DNA from: Bacilli bacterium
Lineage (GTDB): Bacteria > Bacillota_I > Bacilli_A > RFN20 > CAG-826
NCBI GenBank assembly: GCA_045130875.1
Contig: JBGUQI010000011.1
Span: forward strand, 9,828-73,827
Direction: 5' to 3'
DNA length: 64,000 nt
The notes under the pieces were generated by a model, which worked only from the letters and a program-made list of their open reading frames with translations, did not search any database and was not told the DNA's origin. The position numbers were made by a program, and so were the translations under genes. How positions within the stretch are numbered: position 1 is the first letter of the stretch; each line of letters opens with the position of its first letter. Shown piece after piece: positions 42,295-52,554 of the stretch.

Positions 42295-45200
42295 CTATTT
42301 CACCATAAAGCTATATTCTTGAATAACCCTGTTATAGGCTTCATCATATAACACATACCTTAAGGTATATTTACCTGTTTGTTCCACTCTAAAGGTCTTC
42401 GAATTAACCTTGAATGAGGAATTATAAATTGGACTATCAGCGCTGAGATAAGAAGTGACTTCGCCACTTCTATCAAGGATGAGCAATCTCTCTTCACCGT
42501 TCGGCATCATTAAGAAGATGTCGAGAGTGTAACTACCTAAATTATCACTTGCGGTATAAGAAGGAATAGTCACCGCGGAATTGAGTTTATAACTCTCCTT
42601 GAGATTGTTATTAACCGTTAGTACTGGGTCAACATTATCAAAGACCATAATCTTTCTTGGATAAGAAGCGAAGTTTCCAGAAGAATCTTCTGCGCGATAA
42701 GTAACGATATAACTACCAAAGGAATCTAACGGGAAGTTATGATCCACACTTGCATCTTCATTTCTTAGTTTGAAGGTACCATCAGGAGCTTTCACCATCA
42801 CTGTCGCACTTGCATCACTTAAGACATCGAACACTTCCACGGATGGAATATAACCATTCGCTCCATAAAGTTGTTCATTCACAAAACGTTTATTAAAAAT
42901 AACGATTGGTGAGGTGATATCCATATACACTAAATTGTGACCAAAATCTTGGTTGGATATACTCTTAATAGCGACTTCAGAAGAAGAGGTCACTCCCACC
43001 AAAGAGATATCTAAATAGACACCATGTTTAAAGCCGGTAAATGGATTGCCATTATCATCTTTACTAACCTTTACTATATCGTTATAAGCAATATCCATTA
43101 ATGTTCTAGAAGAGTTATTGAAATTGATGATATAGGTTTCTTCCTCATCTCTCATTTCATAAACGAATTCATATACTGTTGGATCGTTGCCCACACTGAT
43201 ATAAGTTGAGGCATTATTAAAATTCACTTTAAAGGAAAGAGATACATCGGGATTTAAAGAGTCAGAGAACTTAAATATTAAGGAATTGAAGTTAGATTTG
43301 TTGGGTTTTCTGACAAATCCCACCAATGGATTATCATATGGTAAAACCGTGGCAAATACCGCACTTGCATCGTGTGATGAGGCTAATGTCACATCATTCA
43401 TATTCTCCGTTACAGAATCAAAATCACCATGGAAATAAACAGCCTGATCTTGACTATTATTGCTATCTACGACATCAATTGTCGCGGGATATTCGTTCTG
43501 TCCATTTTGACCAATAATCTTATAAGAAATAGAACAGGTATCACCAGCCACAAAAGTACGGTTAGCTAATTCAGTGCCATTAACATAAACTTTAGAATCT
43601 AGGAATACTGATTTACCATTAACGGTTTCCACACCTTTATATTCAGGTAAAGTGTATGTATGACCTTTAACCAACACTCTTGGTAAAAGAACATCACTCA
43701 CAAATTTAGGTGTTGTGGCTTCTAAGACATTAATCGTTAAAACAGTGGTTGCAACATTGCCGAGATAATCATGAGCAATATATCTCGCTTGATATGTACC
43801 GGCTTCTTCAGGGATGAATTCATCACCTTCAATAATAATTTCTTGAATAGAAGGGTTCACCAATTGACGGGTGATATATGGTTTTCCACTACCACCAGTG
43901 ACATGGACATCATTTTCATTAGGAAGGATGAATGAGGAATAAACCGTATCGCTCATCGTTTGAGCATCTAATGAAATGGACATATTTTGAATATTATTAA
44001 CGGCCACAATTTCCATTGTGCTTGTCGCACTATTATAAAAGCTATCTCTTGTTTGATATTTAACAACATAACTACCTGGTTTAGTGGGTGTGAAATAGCC
44101 ATTAATTATAGAGACATCTTTATTCTTATTATTTGTTTCATCACGATAAGTGACAGTCACATCATAAGATAGATTCTTATCAAAATTATCAGTCACAATG
44201 GCATCAAAAATCTTATAGGGTCTACCCACTTGAGCATTAGGAATATCACCTGTTTGACCATTTTTATCAATGCTAATTCTAGGTGATGTATTATCTTCAA
44301 AAATCATTTGTGATAAATCAACATTCGCTACGCGAGGAACAACGACATTCGCAGAACTAGAAATCAAGGCATTAGCAAATACTGATAAAGTGGCTTTGCC
44401 ATTAGTAAATCCTTCCCACGCACTTGATTTATAAATTGCGGGGCTATCTAAATCAGTGATGATATCTTTGTTAGTGGATCCATGAATAGGGCTGACATAT
44501 AGAGTTTTTGCTCCATAATCGAAATATAATTTCGCACTATGTGCGGGATTTTCAACAGGCAACGCTCTAAATGATGAACCCACATTTGTGCCATATGAAT
44601 TAGTGTGTAATCTGCCCCATTCAAAGCCGGTCTTAAATTGTGCATTAGAACCAGCGAGGATATAGCAGCCTTTGCCATCATCATCAACAGGTCCACTATC
44701 TTTGACAGTGATATCAACATAGTTGTTGAAATCATCGACATCGGTAAGACGGATAGTGAAGGAATCTAAATCAGATTCACCTTGTTTTTCGGTATCCACC
44801 ATAAATTCAAAGAAGGGATTATTAGAACCAAGGGTATTGAAATCAATAACCCCATCATAAGTGAAGGTGGTATGAGAATCTAAAGTCAGAATCGCTCCCT
44901 GAATATTACTAGTTTTAGTGTTATAAGTATATTCACCTGTAGAAGGTTGGTTCTTCTCATTAGAGGAAATAAACATGTTTGCACTTGTTCTATAGCATTT
45001 ATAGAAAATGGTTTCATTTATCACTTCCGCACCAAAAGTCGCGGAATAAATAACGCGATAGACACCAGGCATAGAAATAGTAAAACTCTTACCAGCTTTA
45101 CTGCTTCCATCTGGAAAGATAATTTGACTATCAGCGACTTTGCTTTCCGCATCATGAACCAAAGTTCTTGATTCAACATTGATAACTTGACCAGCTTCCA

Positions 45201-45312
45201 CAATACGGTATTCGGAATCCGCCAACACTTTTGCGTAAGTAAACTTTGATCCACCGATCACGGATATCGATAAAGCGATAAAAAGAGAAGGAATTAACAA
45301 TTTATTTTTCAT
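42295..45312 (-). CDS. Secreted 1005-aa protein made of multiple Ig-like/beta-sandwich domains, no C-terminal anchor
   Basis: Signal peptide MKNKLLIPSLFIALSISVIGGSKFTYA. Repeated segments begin D-x-x-x-P (EDNTSPRISIDKNGQ..., FDNVDPVLTVNNN...) followed by ...TASDN/VTDNFD, like DUF5011/HYR-type Ig domains. Ends ...EYSFMVK with no hydrophobic tail. 1-nt overlap with the permease gene. Confidence 0.65.
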   Translation of the reverse strand: MKNKLLIPSLFIALSISVIGGSKFTYAKVLADSEYRIVEAGQVINVESRTLVHDAESKVADSQIIFPDGSSKAGKSFTISMPGVYRVIYSATFGAEVINETIFYKCYRTSANMFISSNEKNQPSTGEYTYNTKTSNIQGAILTLDSHTTFTYDGVIDFNTLGSNNPFFEFMVDTEKQGESDLDSFTIRLTDVDDFNNYVDITVKDSGPVDDDGKGCYILAGSNAQFKTGFEWGRLHTNSYGTNVGSSFRALPVENPAHSAKLYFDYGAKTLYVSPIHGSTNKDIITDLDSPAIYKSSAWEGFTNGKATLSVFANALISSSANVVVPRVANVDLSQMIFEDNTSPRISIDKNGQTGDIPNAQVGRPYKIFDAIVTDNFDKNLSYDVTVTYRDETNNKNKDVSIINGYFTPTKPGSYVVKYQTRDSFYNSATSTMEIVAVNNIQNMSISLDAQTMSDTVYSSFILPNENDVHVTGGSGKPYITRQLVNPSIQEIIIEGDEFIPEEAGTYQARYIAHDYLGNVATTVLTINVLEATTPKFVSDVLLPRVLVKGHTYTLPEYKGVETVNGKSVFLDSKVYVNGTELANRTFVAGDTCSISYKIIGQNGQNEYPATIDVVDSNNSQDQAVYFHGDFDSVTENMNDVTLASSHDASAVFATVLPYDNPLVGFVRKPNKSNFNSLIFKFSDSLNPDVSLSFKVNFNNASTYISVGNDPTVYEFVYEMRDEEETYIINFNNSSRTLMDIAYNDIVKVSKDDNGNPFTGFKHGVYLDISLVGVTSSSEVAIKSISNQDFGHNLVYMDITSPIVIFNKRFVNEQLYGANGYIPSVEVFDVLSDASATVMVKAPDGTFKLRNEDASVDHNFPLDSFGSYIVTYRAEDSSGNFASYPRKIMVFDNVDPVLTVNNNLKESYKLNSAVTIPSYTASDNLGSYTLDIFLMMPNGEERLLILDRSGEVTSYLSADSPIYNSSFKVNSKTFRVEQTGKYTLRYVLYDEAYNRVIQEYSFMVK

Positions 45313-46214
45313 TATCCTTTAATACCTCCCGCTGCGACATTGAGTTTTAAATATCTATTTAATAAAGCAAAGACAATCACTATTGGCATAGTTAAACCAA
45401 TAAGACCTGCTAATTTGATAGGAATATAGTTAATCGCTCTTTCACCAGTGATAGAGAAAGTGAATAAACCTTCCGCTAAAGTGGGATATGATGGCAAATA
45501 CACTCTTGGAATTTGATAATCATTCCAGAAGGTAATAAATGATAACAAGAATAATGTTGTCATCGTCGGTATCGCTTGAGGGAAGATGACTGTAGTCATA
45601 ATTCTAAAGTTAGAAGCACCATCCACTTTCGCAGCTTCTGAATAGGTCATTGGAATCATCTGGAACTGCGCATAGAAGATTAAGAAATTAATCGATAAGA
45701 AATTCATTCTTAAAACAAATAGACCAAAGAATGTATCAAATAAGTGTAATGTCTTTAACATTCTTAATTCAGATGGCATAGCACCAACGATAGGTAATGA
45801 CATTGTGATAATCACAAAGGCATAAATAACTTTGGAGAATTTGAATTTAAATCTCGCTGCGCAATAAGCCACCAAACAAGGCGTGAGAGTGAAGAAGAAG
45901 GCACATCCTAAAGTGTATAAGATAGAATGACCAATCATCTCTAAGAAGTCATATTTTACACCTGTTGTATAGGCAGTTAATTTAAATTTAGTAAAGGCGG
46001 TAACAAAATTATCAAATGTTAACTTCGTAGGGAAATCTTTGCCAAAGACATAGAAAGCATTATATGCCGCTTTATCGTTAAATGCGGAATATGTCGCCCA
46101 GATAACAGGGATTAATAAAGAGATGAAATAGACAATCAAAACCACGAAGATGATAACTGTCATCGGTGACATCTTTTCTTTAATGTGTTGGGATTTTAAA
46201 GGCTTTTTATCCAT
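45312..46214 (-). CDS. Carbohydrate ABC transporter permease (LplC/MalG-like)
   Basis: EAA loop EAAKVDGASNFRIMTTVIFPQAIP. Polytopic. 1-nt overlap with the upstream permease gene. Confidence 0.9.
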   Translation of the reverse strand: MDKKPLKSQHIKEKMSPMTVIIFVVLIVYFISLLIPVIWATYSAFNDKAAYNAFYVFGKDFPTKLTFDNFVTAFTKFKLTAYTTGVKYDFLEMIGHSILYTLGCAFFFTLTPCLVAYCAARFKFKFSKVIYAFVIITMSLPIVGAMPSELRMLKTLHLFDTFFGLFVLRMNFLSINFLIFYAQFQMIPMTYSEAAKVDGASNFRIMTTVIFPQAIPTMTTLFLLSFITFWNDYQIPRVYLPSYPTLAEGLFTFSITGERAINYIPIKLAGLIGLTMPIVIVFALLNRYLKLNVAAGGIKG

Positions 46215-47137
46215 TATCTATCCCCCCACTTCGATAAAATCTTCCTCACGGTAAAGGTGAGAGGCACCGCCACACAAGTGGATACCAAACCTAAGAAGGA
46301 AGCATAACAATATTTAGACATTCCACTTCCAGAAGAAGAAACTAAATAATAGAGATAATAACCGATGGTTTTATCAGTACCGATAATCTGTTCTGCATAG
46401 AAGGAATATAAATTGTTTTGATTGGTAAATATCGTCGCTACGCCAGCGATAACAAATGTCGTAATTGTAGGAACGATATAAGGTACCACCAAAGAGATAA
46501 ATTCTCTAAATGGGGTAACACCATCAATCTTACCGGCCTCGAGCATTTCTTGAGGGATTTGATCCATTGCCCCAGAATACACCAAGACTTGGCTACCAAA
46601 GGAAATCCATACAGTATAAGCGGTAATAATCCAGAAATAAGTTGATGAATCAGTTAATAATCCTTTGCCATTTAAATTTAAAAATGCCGGCATAGCCGAA
46701 TTCATAAAGAATTTAAATATTAAGACTAATAACAATCCAGGAATGATGGATGGTAAGAATAATATAAATTTAAAAAATTTATAAGCCGCTCTCCTTTTAT
46801 AAATATAGTAAGAGAAGAATAACGCTAAAATTGTGCCCGCAAGTTGAGTGCAGAGCCAAACGATAAAGGAGTCTCTGACCATAATCCAGAATGACTCTGT
46901 GCGAATCTCATCCCAGAACTGTAAGGCGTTTGTGGTTAAATCCCAATAGAAGAAATCTTCTTTTGTATTATAGGATTGAAAAGACATCAAAATACTCTGG
47001 AAGTTAACTCCAAAGTAGAAGATGGCAATTTGCGCTAAGGGAATTATTAAGACCAGACAATAGAAAAGAATATCGCCTTTATTCTTCGCGAAACTATTCG
47101 ATGAATTGATGTTGCGGATATTCTTTTTTTCAGTCAT
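46214..47137 (-). CDS. Carbohydrate ABC transporter permease (LplB/MalF-like)
   Basis: EAA loop EAGKIDGVTPFREFISLVVPYI. Paralog of the fragment at 1..344. Confidence 0.9.
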   Translation of the reverse strand: MTEKKNIRNINSSNSFAKNKGDILFYCLVLIIPLAQIAIFYFGVNFQSILMSFQSYNTKEDFFYWDLTTNALQFWDEIRTESFWIMVRDSFIVWLCTQLAGTILALFFSYYIYKRRAAYKFFKFILFLPSIIPGLLLVLIFKFFMNSAMPAFLNLNGKGLLTDSSTYFWIITAYTVWISFGSQVLVYSGAMDQIPQEMLEAGKIDGVTPFREFISLVVPYIVPTITTFVIAGVATIFTNQNNLYSFYAEQIIGTDKTIGYYLYYLVSSSGSGMSKYCYASFLGLVSTCVAVPLTFTVRKILSKWGDR

Positions 47138-47138
47138 A

Positions 47139-48746
47139 TTATTCGCCGACCATTCTCTCCCAGGCAGATTGGCCTAAAGTAGACATGTGATCTTCAAAAT
47201 ACATTCTTGCGGTCACGTTGCTCTTATCGATGAATTTAAGAATTGGGTTGTTTGTATATTTAGAAGTATTCCAAACCCATTCTTGAACCGCGAATGTCGC
47301 TTCATTATTCACAAAGAAATCTAAACCGGAATATGGATAGACAACTTTGACATGTTCACTTTGTTTAATAGCGATTAAATCTCTCGCATAAGATGTAATC
47401 TTATCCAAGTCTTCATCATTGAAGTTATATTTAAGACCTCTAGTCATATTGGTTTCAATAGTGAAAGCTCTTAAGGATTCATCAGTGTGTAAATAGGAGA
47501 AGAATTCTTTCGCTAGTTTCATATTCTTAGAATTGGCACTGATAAAGCCAAATGAATCATTGAGGTTCATTAAGGTAGCATCACCAAGATGAGCATTATC
47601 CACTTTGGGAATAGGCATAAATCCATAATTGAATTCATCAACACCCATGCTTCTAGCATATTCAAATGCTTCAGCGGCTTCGTTTTCCCACCAGGTGCCT
47701 TCAAACATCATAGCGATTGGTTTTGTGGAACCACCTTGATATTTATTATTAATAAAGGCGTCTTGTACATCGTAGTTTGTGGAATATGGACGATAATTAC
47801 TCGCTTGATCGCAAAGAACATCTCTCGCAAATTTTAAAGCATTATAAATGCCTAATTGGCTCTTTAATAAATAACCATTATTGTTGGTGATAGTCTTTTG
47901 TTCGACGATTGGATTATCAGATTCATCAAAACCAGTCACGATATTGTTAGCGACACCATTGAAGTTATAGTTCAAATTGGTTTGTTCATAGCCTTCAAAA
48001 TCGCTCCACCAGGAAGTGAGGGCTCTAACGGTATATTCTGATGCGTTGCCATTAGAATATGTGAATGGAATGACTTGCATTCTAGTCATTTGATTCATCA
48101 TATTTTTGAATTGCTCATAGGTTTTTGGTAAACCATCATCCCAGTCACCCGCAATACCATTAGGGCCAGTACCAAATTGTGATTCTTGATCGGTGAATTG
48201 GCCATCATTAGTCATATAGAATTTCTTTTGTTTAAATAAATCTTTATCATAGATAAGACCATAGAAACAATCATAGAATGGGACAGCGTAGTATTTGCCA
48301 TCTCTTTCCATAAATGATAGTAAGTTGTTATCGATTTTCTCAGCGATTGTCTTACCACCGTCTTCAGGATTTGGGGTGGTTAAGATATCTGTGATATCAG
48401 CAAATTTGTTATTGTTGGTTAAATAGTAATAGTCAACATTCTCGGTGAAATAAATATCTTTATTTAAATCAGAGTATTTTAAACTCTCACCTGCAGAAGA
48501 TCTATCTGAAGTGATATGGATTTGAACACCTGTTCTTCCTTCTACAAAATCAGTACGATCTTTGTTTTTCTCTTCGAATAACTTCGCAGCGTTTCTTAAC
48601 CATTGGTCACCAACACCACCTTCAAAGGTGGAGATTTGGAGTTGGGCTTTGGTTTCATCAACCTTTTCCCCACCACCCTTTTTACAACCGGTGATTGCCA
48701 CTAATGAGATTAGAGCCACCGCGCTAATTAATTTGACATTTTTCAT
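47139..48746 (-). CDS. Extracellular solute-binding lipoprotein of a sugar ABC importer (large LplA/YtcQ-like type)
   Basis: Lipobox AITGC-KKGG. 535 aa. Paralog of 351..1982. Confidence 0.85.
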   Translation of the reverse strand: MKNVKLISAVALISLVAITGCKKGGGEKVDETKAQLQISTFEGGVGDQWLRNAAKLFEEKNKDRTDFVEGRTGVQIHITSDRSSAGESLKYSDLNKDIYFTENVDYYYLTNNNKFADITDILTTPNPEDGGKTIAEKIDNNLLSFMERDGKYYAVPFYDCFYGLIYDKDLFKQKKFYMTNDGQFTDQESQFGTGPNGIAGDWDDGLPKTYEQFKNMMNQMTRMQVIPFTYSNGNASEYTVRALTSWWSDFEGYEQTNLNYNFNGVANNIVTGFDESDNPIVEQKTITNNNGYLLKSQLGIYNALKFARDVLCDQASNYRPYSTNYDVQDAFINNKYQGGSTKPIAMMFEGTWWENEAAEAFEYARSMGVDEFNYGFMPIPKVDNAHLGDATLMNLNDSFGFISANSKNMKLAKEFFSYLHTDESLRAFTIETNMTRGLKYNFNDEDLDKITSYARDLIAIKQSEHVKVVYPYSGLDFFVNNEATFAVQEWVWNTSKYTNNPILKFIDKSNVTARMYFEDHMSTLGQSAWERMVGE

Positions 48747-48757
48747 AAATATCTCCT

Positions 48758-51700
48758 TTATTTAAACATTAATAAATGTTTCTTCTTAAGTAATAAAGCC
48801 ATACCACATAAGGCAATGACACTGATGATTAAACTAGAATCAATCAAAGAACCACCACAGCCTTTCTTGGCGCCTTTTTCAATATATTTCTCACCATCAA
48901 AGGTAGAACCATCATTGGTCTTCACTTCTTTAATGGCTTGCTTAAATGTATCCACAATTCTTTGAACTTCTTCTTGAGAAGTAGCGTTATCAACATCACT
49001 TCTGGCTTTCATCGCTAATTGTTGAATGAGAGCAGTATTCTCATCGCTATAACGATTGAGTTCTAATAAACCAACATAGGCTTCAATCTCCGCTTTAGCG
49101 GCTCTTTTAAAGCTCGCTAATTCTTCCGCATCATATTGAGCAGCAGTCTTTAGACCATCGATTTGAGTCTTAGCATTAGCGACAATAACATCAACTGATA
49201 AAGTATCATTACAATTATCAATTGAAGCAAAGGCTTGAGTGAGAATTCTATTTAATTCATTTACTTCATTTTGTCTAAATAGTTCTGGTGATTTATAAGC
49301 AGTTAGTTCCGCTTTTGCGGCTTTTTTGTAATCATCGAGTATTGTGCTGATAGTATCAATCTCCGCTAAAGCTTCTTCTAAAATGCTATAAACTTGTTCC
49401 ACAGATGTGGCATTATCAATTCTTGAAGAATAAGTCTCTATGATACCAGCAATAAGGGCTTGGTTAGTTTCAGTATAATCATCGAGATGAGCATAAGATG
49501 ATAGTGTCTCTTTAGCTTCCATCTTAGCCACTTCTAACGATGGAGCTGATTGTGTCCAATTATCTGAACCAGCATGATAAGTAAAATCGGTATCGAATAA
49601 ACGAACAATGTTTTTGAATGATGAACCAGATTTTTCATAAGAGAATAATCCACCGATATGAACCACATCACCATCGGATACTGGATAAGCAATCAAAACG
49701 CTATATTTATTCCCGCTAGATTTAACTAAGCGAGCGTTACTACGATTTTGATTAATAGGATTACCATTAATGGTAACTGCACCATTTTGGATTGGATATA
49801 GCTCAATACCAGAATCTAAACTATTATCTCTTAATGTTCCTTTTAAAGTTTCAGAATTGGAACTATTATCGAGAATTAAACGTCCTAATAAAGTAGAATT
49901 AGCTAATTTAGTGGTTCCTTCTTCAACCGCGGATAATGTCGCTGTTTCATTACTATTAGCAGCGGTATAACTATCCATAATAATTACAGATGGTTTAGAT
50001 TCCGCAGTTATTGGATTAACAATCTTCCTAGCCACGAATTCACCATCGATTTTCATATAAATGAAAGTACGATTATAATCTTTTAGATCAACAGCACCAC
50101 ATTCAATGACATATTCAGTATTGGCCACAAAGTTAGCGGCATATGTACCAATGGTTTCAATAATGGTTTCATTATCTTTCATAACACCCATTCTGACACC
50201 CGGAACATTGTTAATGTTCGCGCCAATAGAGAAGATATAGTTATTAGAAGCTGTGCCTCTTAATCTAATAAATAATTGAGCATCATATTCACGTGATTTT
50301 GGATTGGTGCTGGAATATTTAAATTTGAAAACCATATTCCCGTCTTCATTATCACTAGCCGCGGCGATGTGACTATGGAAAGCATCACGATTACCATCGG
50401 TGCTATAACTATTAATTTCTTGTTCTGAATCTTTTGGATAGATGTGAACATCACCGATAGCGGATAAATCAGTAATTGTGGCAACATCATATTTAGCGAG
50501 ATATTGTTCATATCCTTCTTCTAACGCCATAATCTTTTGTTCAATGACGTCTTGTTTAGTTTCCACACCAGCGATTAAAGCTTTGGTGTTTTCCACTATC
50601 TGTCTAACTTGTTCCACACTTGTCGCAGCGTTGATTTGTTCAATCGCAGAATTAACATAACCCGCAACAACTTCTAGTTGCGCTGCTTCATATAAATCTT
50701 CATCGACATAAGCGTTCAATTCATTAATCGCGGCTTCTTTGGCTTGTCTTAATCTTTCCGCAGCCTTTTCCTCATTAAGAGGAACTTGATCTAATTGAGA
50801 CATATAGGAATAGTATTCATCCCATAAGTCTTTCATAGATGTCGCGTTATTAAACGCCGTGGAAGCTTGGCTTAAAAGACCTTGGATAATTATGACTTTG
50901 TCATCATCATAATCATCTAAAACATAGCGGTCAGTTAGCTTATCAAGTAAGTGAGAATAGATATTAGAAATATAAATGAAGTTACCACTTACAAATTCCG
51001 TTGCAAATGGATGGAAAGACATTGTGTAAACTGTGTCGTTTTCATAGAAATGGAATTCATTTTCTAAAGTAACAATGTCACCCTCACTAAAAGTGAAACT
51101 ATAGTCATCAGAGAAGTTTAAATAATAATTGGTTGCGCCATGTTTAACTAATGGATTACTCTTAAATCCACGAGATGTATAAAGTGGTTCACCATTTCTT
51201 AAAACATTATATTTAGATACAGGGGCACCTCTTGTTGCCCAATCTGCTCTCACAGGAATATCATTCTCTGGTCCAAAAAGGTAAATACCAGCTTGTTGAT
51301 TTCCTCTTTCAAAAGTCAATGTATCAGTAGGGGCTTTTTGTTCAGGAATTGTGGTTCCCACAAAGATGTTGGTTTTGCCATAATATAAGCCAACACGAGG
51401 ATAGAAATCTCCACTATTCACTGATTTAATAATTTGATACAAATATTGACCATCATATTTCACGAAAATATAGTTTTTATTTTCATCTTTGACTCGTATT
51501 GCGCCAAATTCAATAATATGCCTAGCACCTGGTTGCAAATTACATGGTAAGTCTCCAGATTGATTGAGAATTGTGTTACCATTCTTTTCTCTTAAAACAG
51601 CAACACCACCAGCATCTTCATTCCAACTGTTACACATATAGAAAACAAAATAATGTCCGCTATCCCAAGTTCGATTGCCAATCCTGACATTAAAAGCTTC

Positions 51701-52387
51701 TTGTTGCATATCGCTAAAAGATTCAAAAGCAAATTCGAAAGAAAAACTATTTGTAGTGTTATCTTCGCTTAGTGCAAAAGTATTCCAAGCACCTGGCGAA
51801 TTTCTAAAGTCTTCAGTATTTATTACTTCATTAGAAAAATCATCAATACCCGCTTGAGTTAAAGATATCTTGTCATAAGTTTCTAACTCAGGCATGACAA
51901 ATTCATCAACCCATTTCGTGCCATCCCAAACACAAGAAAACGGGTTTATATAAACAGAATAAGTTACACCATTAACAGTGGCACCCCAATTCCCTTTGAT
52001 GGTAATGGTATCACCTTCATTTCTGGTAGAATATCCAGCTTCTCCAACCGCAATAAAATAACTCATGGACCCATGTTTTACTAAAAATCTAGTAGAACGA
52101 GTGGTTATATCTATCCCATTAAAAACCAAAGCATGTGCTTCAGTGCTAAACAAACGTTTTTCCCAATCAGCCGTATATGGAAAAGCATTTGTTTTATCGC
52201 TTAAAACGAAAACCCCTGATTCTGAGCTGGTACTAGACATATTGGTTTCAACAGTGAAGTTCATTTCCCCTAAATCAGTGACATTATCTGCTTTAACGGA
52301 AGTATATTCTTTCGGTGAAAAAGAAATCGCGGCACACGAAAGAATGCATGCCATACCAATTGATAGAATCAAACTGTTTTTCTTCAT
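48758..52387 (-). CDS. Giant membrane-anchored surface protein, family A (3 beta modules, 2 jelly-roll-like modules, 2 helical repeat stalks, KKGCGGS + TM anchor); putative glycan binder
   Basis: 1209-aa ORF with AGGGGA SD and a signal peptide. By my residue count: beta modules ~60-162, 372-470, 855-946; jelly-roll-like ~205-345, 675-805; helical repeats ~478-645, 949-1156; KKGCGGS at 1174-1180, then LIDSSLIISVIALCGMALLLKKKHLLMFK. Confidence 0.75.
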   Translation of the reverse strand: MKKNSLILSIGMACILSCAAISFSPKEYTSVKADNVTDLGEMNFTVETNMSSTSSESGVFVLSDKTNAFPYTADWEKRLFSTEAHALVFNGIDITTRSTRFLVKHGSMSYFIAVGEAGYSTRNEGDTITIKGNWGATVNGVTYSVYINPFSCVWDGTKWVDEFVMPELETYDKISLTQAGIDDFSNEVINTEDFRNSPGAWNTFALSEDNTTNSFSFEFAFESFSDMQQEAFNVRIGNRTWDSGHYFVFYMCNSWNEDAGGVAVLREKNGNTILNQSGDLPCNLQPGARHIIEFGAIRVKDENKNYIFVKYDGQYLYQIIKSVNSGDFYPRVGLYYGKTNIFVGTTIPEQKAPTDTLTFERGNQQAGIYLFGPENDIPVRADWATRGAPVSKYNVLRNGEPLYTSRGFKSNPLVKHGATNYYLNFSDDYSFTFSEGDIVTLENEFHFYENDTVYTMSFHPFATEFVSGNFIYISNIYSHLLDKLTDRYVLDDYDDDKVIIIQGLLSQASTAFNNATSMKDLWDEYYSYMSQLDQVPLNEEKAAERLRQAKEAAINELNAYVDEDLYEAAQLEVVAGYVNSAIEQINAATSVEQVRQIVENTKALIAGVETKQDVIEQKIMALEEGYEQYLAKYDVATITDLSAIGDVHIYPKDSEQEINSYSTDGNRDAFHSHIAAASDNEDGNMVFKFKYSSTNPKSREYDAQLFIRLRGTASNNYIFSIGANINNVPGVRMGVMKDNETIIETIGTYAANFVANTEYVIECGAVDLKDYNRTFIYMKIDGEFVARKIVNPITAESKPSVIIMDSYTAANSNETATLSAVEEGTTKLANSTLLGRLILDNSSNSETLKGTLRDNSLDSGIELYPIQNGAVTINGNPINQNRSNARLVKSSGNKYSVLIAYPVSDGDVVHIGGLFSYEKSGSSFKNIVRLFDTDFTYHAGSDNWTQSAPSLEVAKMEAKETLSSYAHLDDYTETNQALIAGIIETYSSRIDNATSVEQVYSILEEALAEIDTISTILDDYKKAAKAELTAYKSPELFRQNEVNELNRILTQAFASIDNCNDTLSVDVIVANAKTQIDGLKTAAQYDAEELASFKRAAKAEIEAYVGLLELNRYSDENTALIQQLAMKARSDVDNATSQEEVQRIVDTFKQAIKEVKTNDGSTFDGEKYIEKGAKKGCGGSLIDSSLIISVIALCGMALLLKKKHLLMFK

Positions 52388-52502
52388 ACAAAATCCCCTA
52401 GTTTTTTTATTAAAGGCAATATTATTGTATCAATTAAATATTTAATTGTTCACATATATTTTTACACTTATTTGTAATATCTTGATGTGAACATAATAAA
52501 AA

Positions 52503-52530
52503 TATTAAAAAAGAGGGTCAATAATGACCC
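52503..52530 (-). terminator. Rho-independent terminator after 52555..54948
   Basis: Minus strand: GGGTCA-ttat-TGACCC followed by TCTTTTTTAATATTTTT, about 25 nt after the stop. Confidence 0.7.
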
Positions 52531-52554
52531 CCTAACTTAATAGTTTAGATTATC

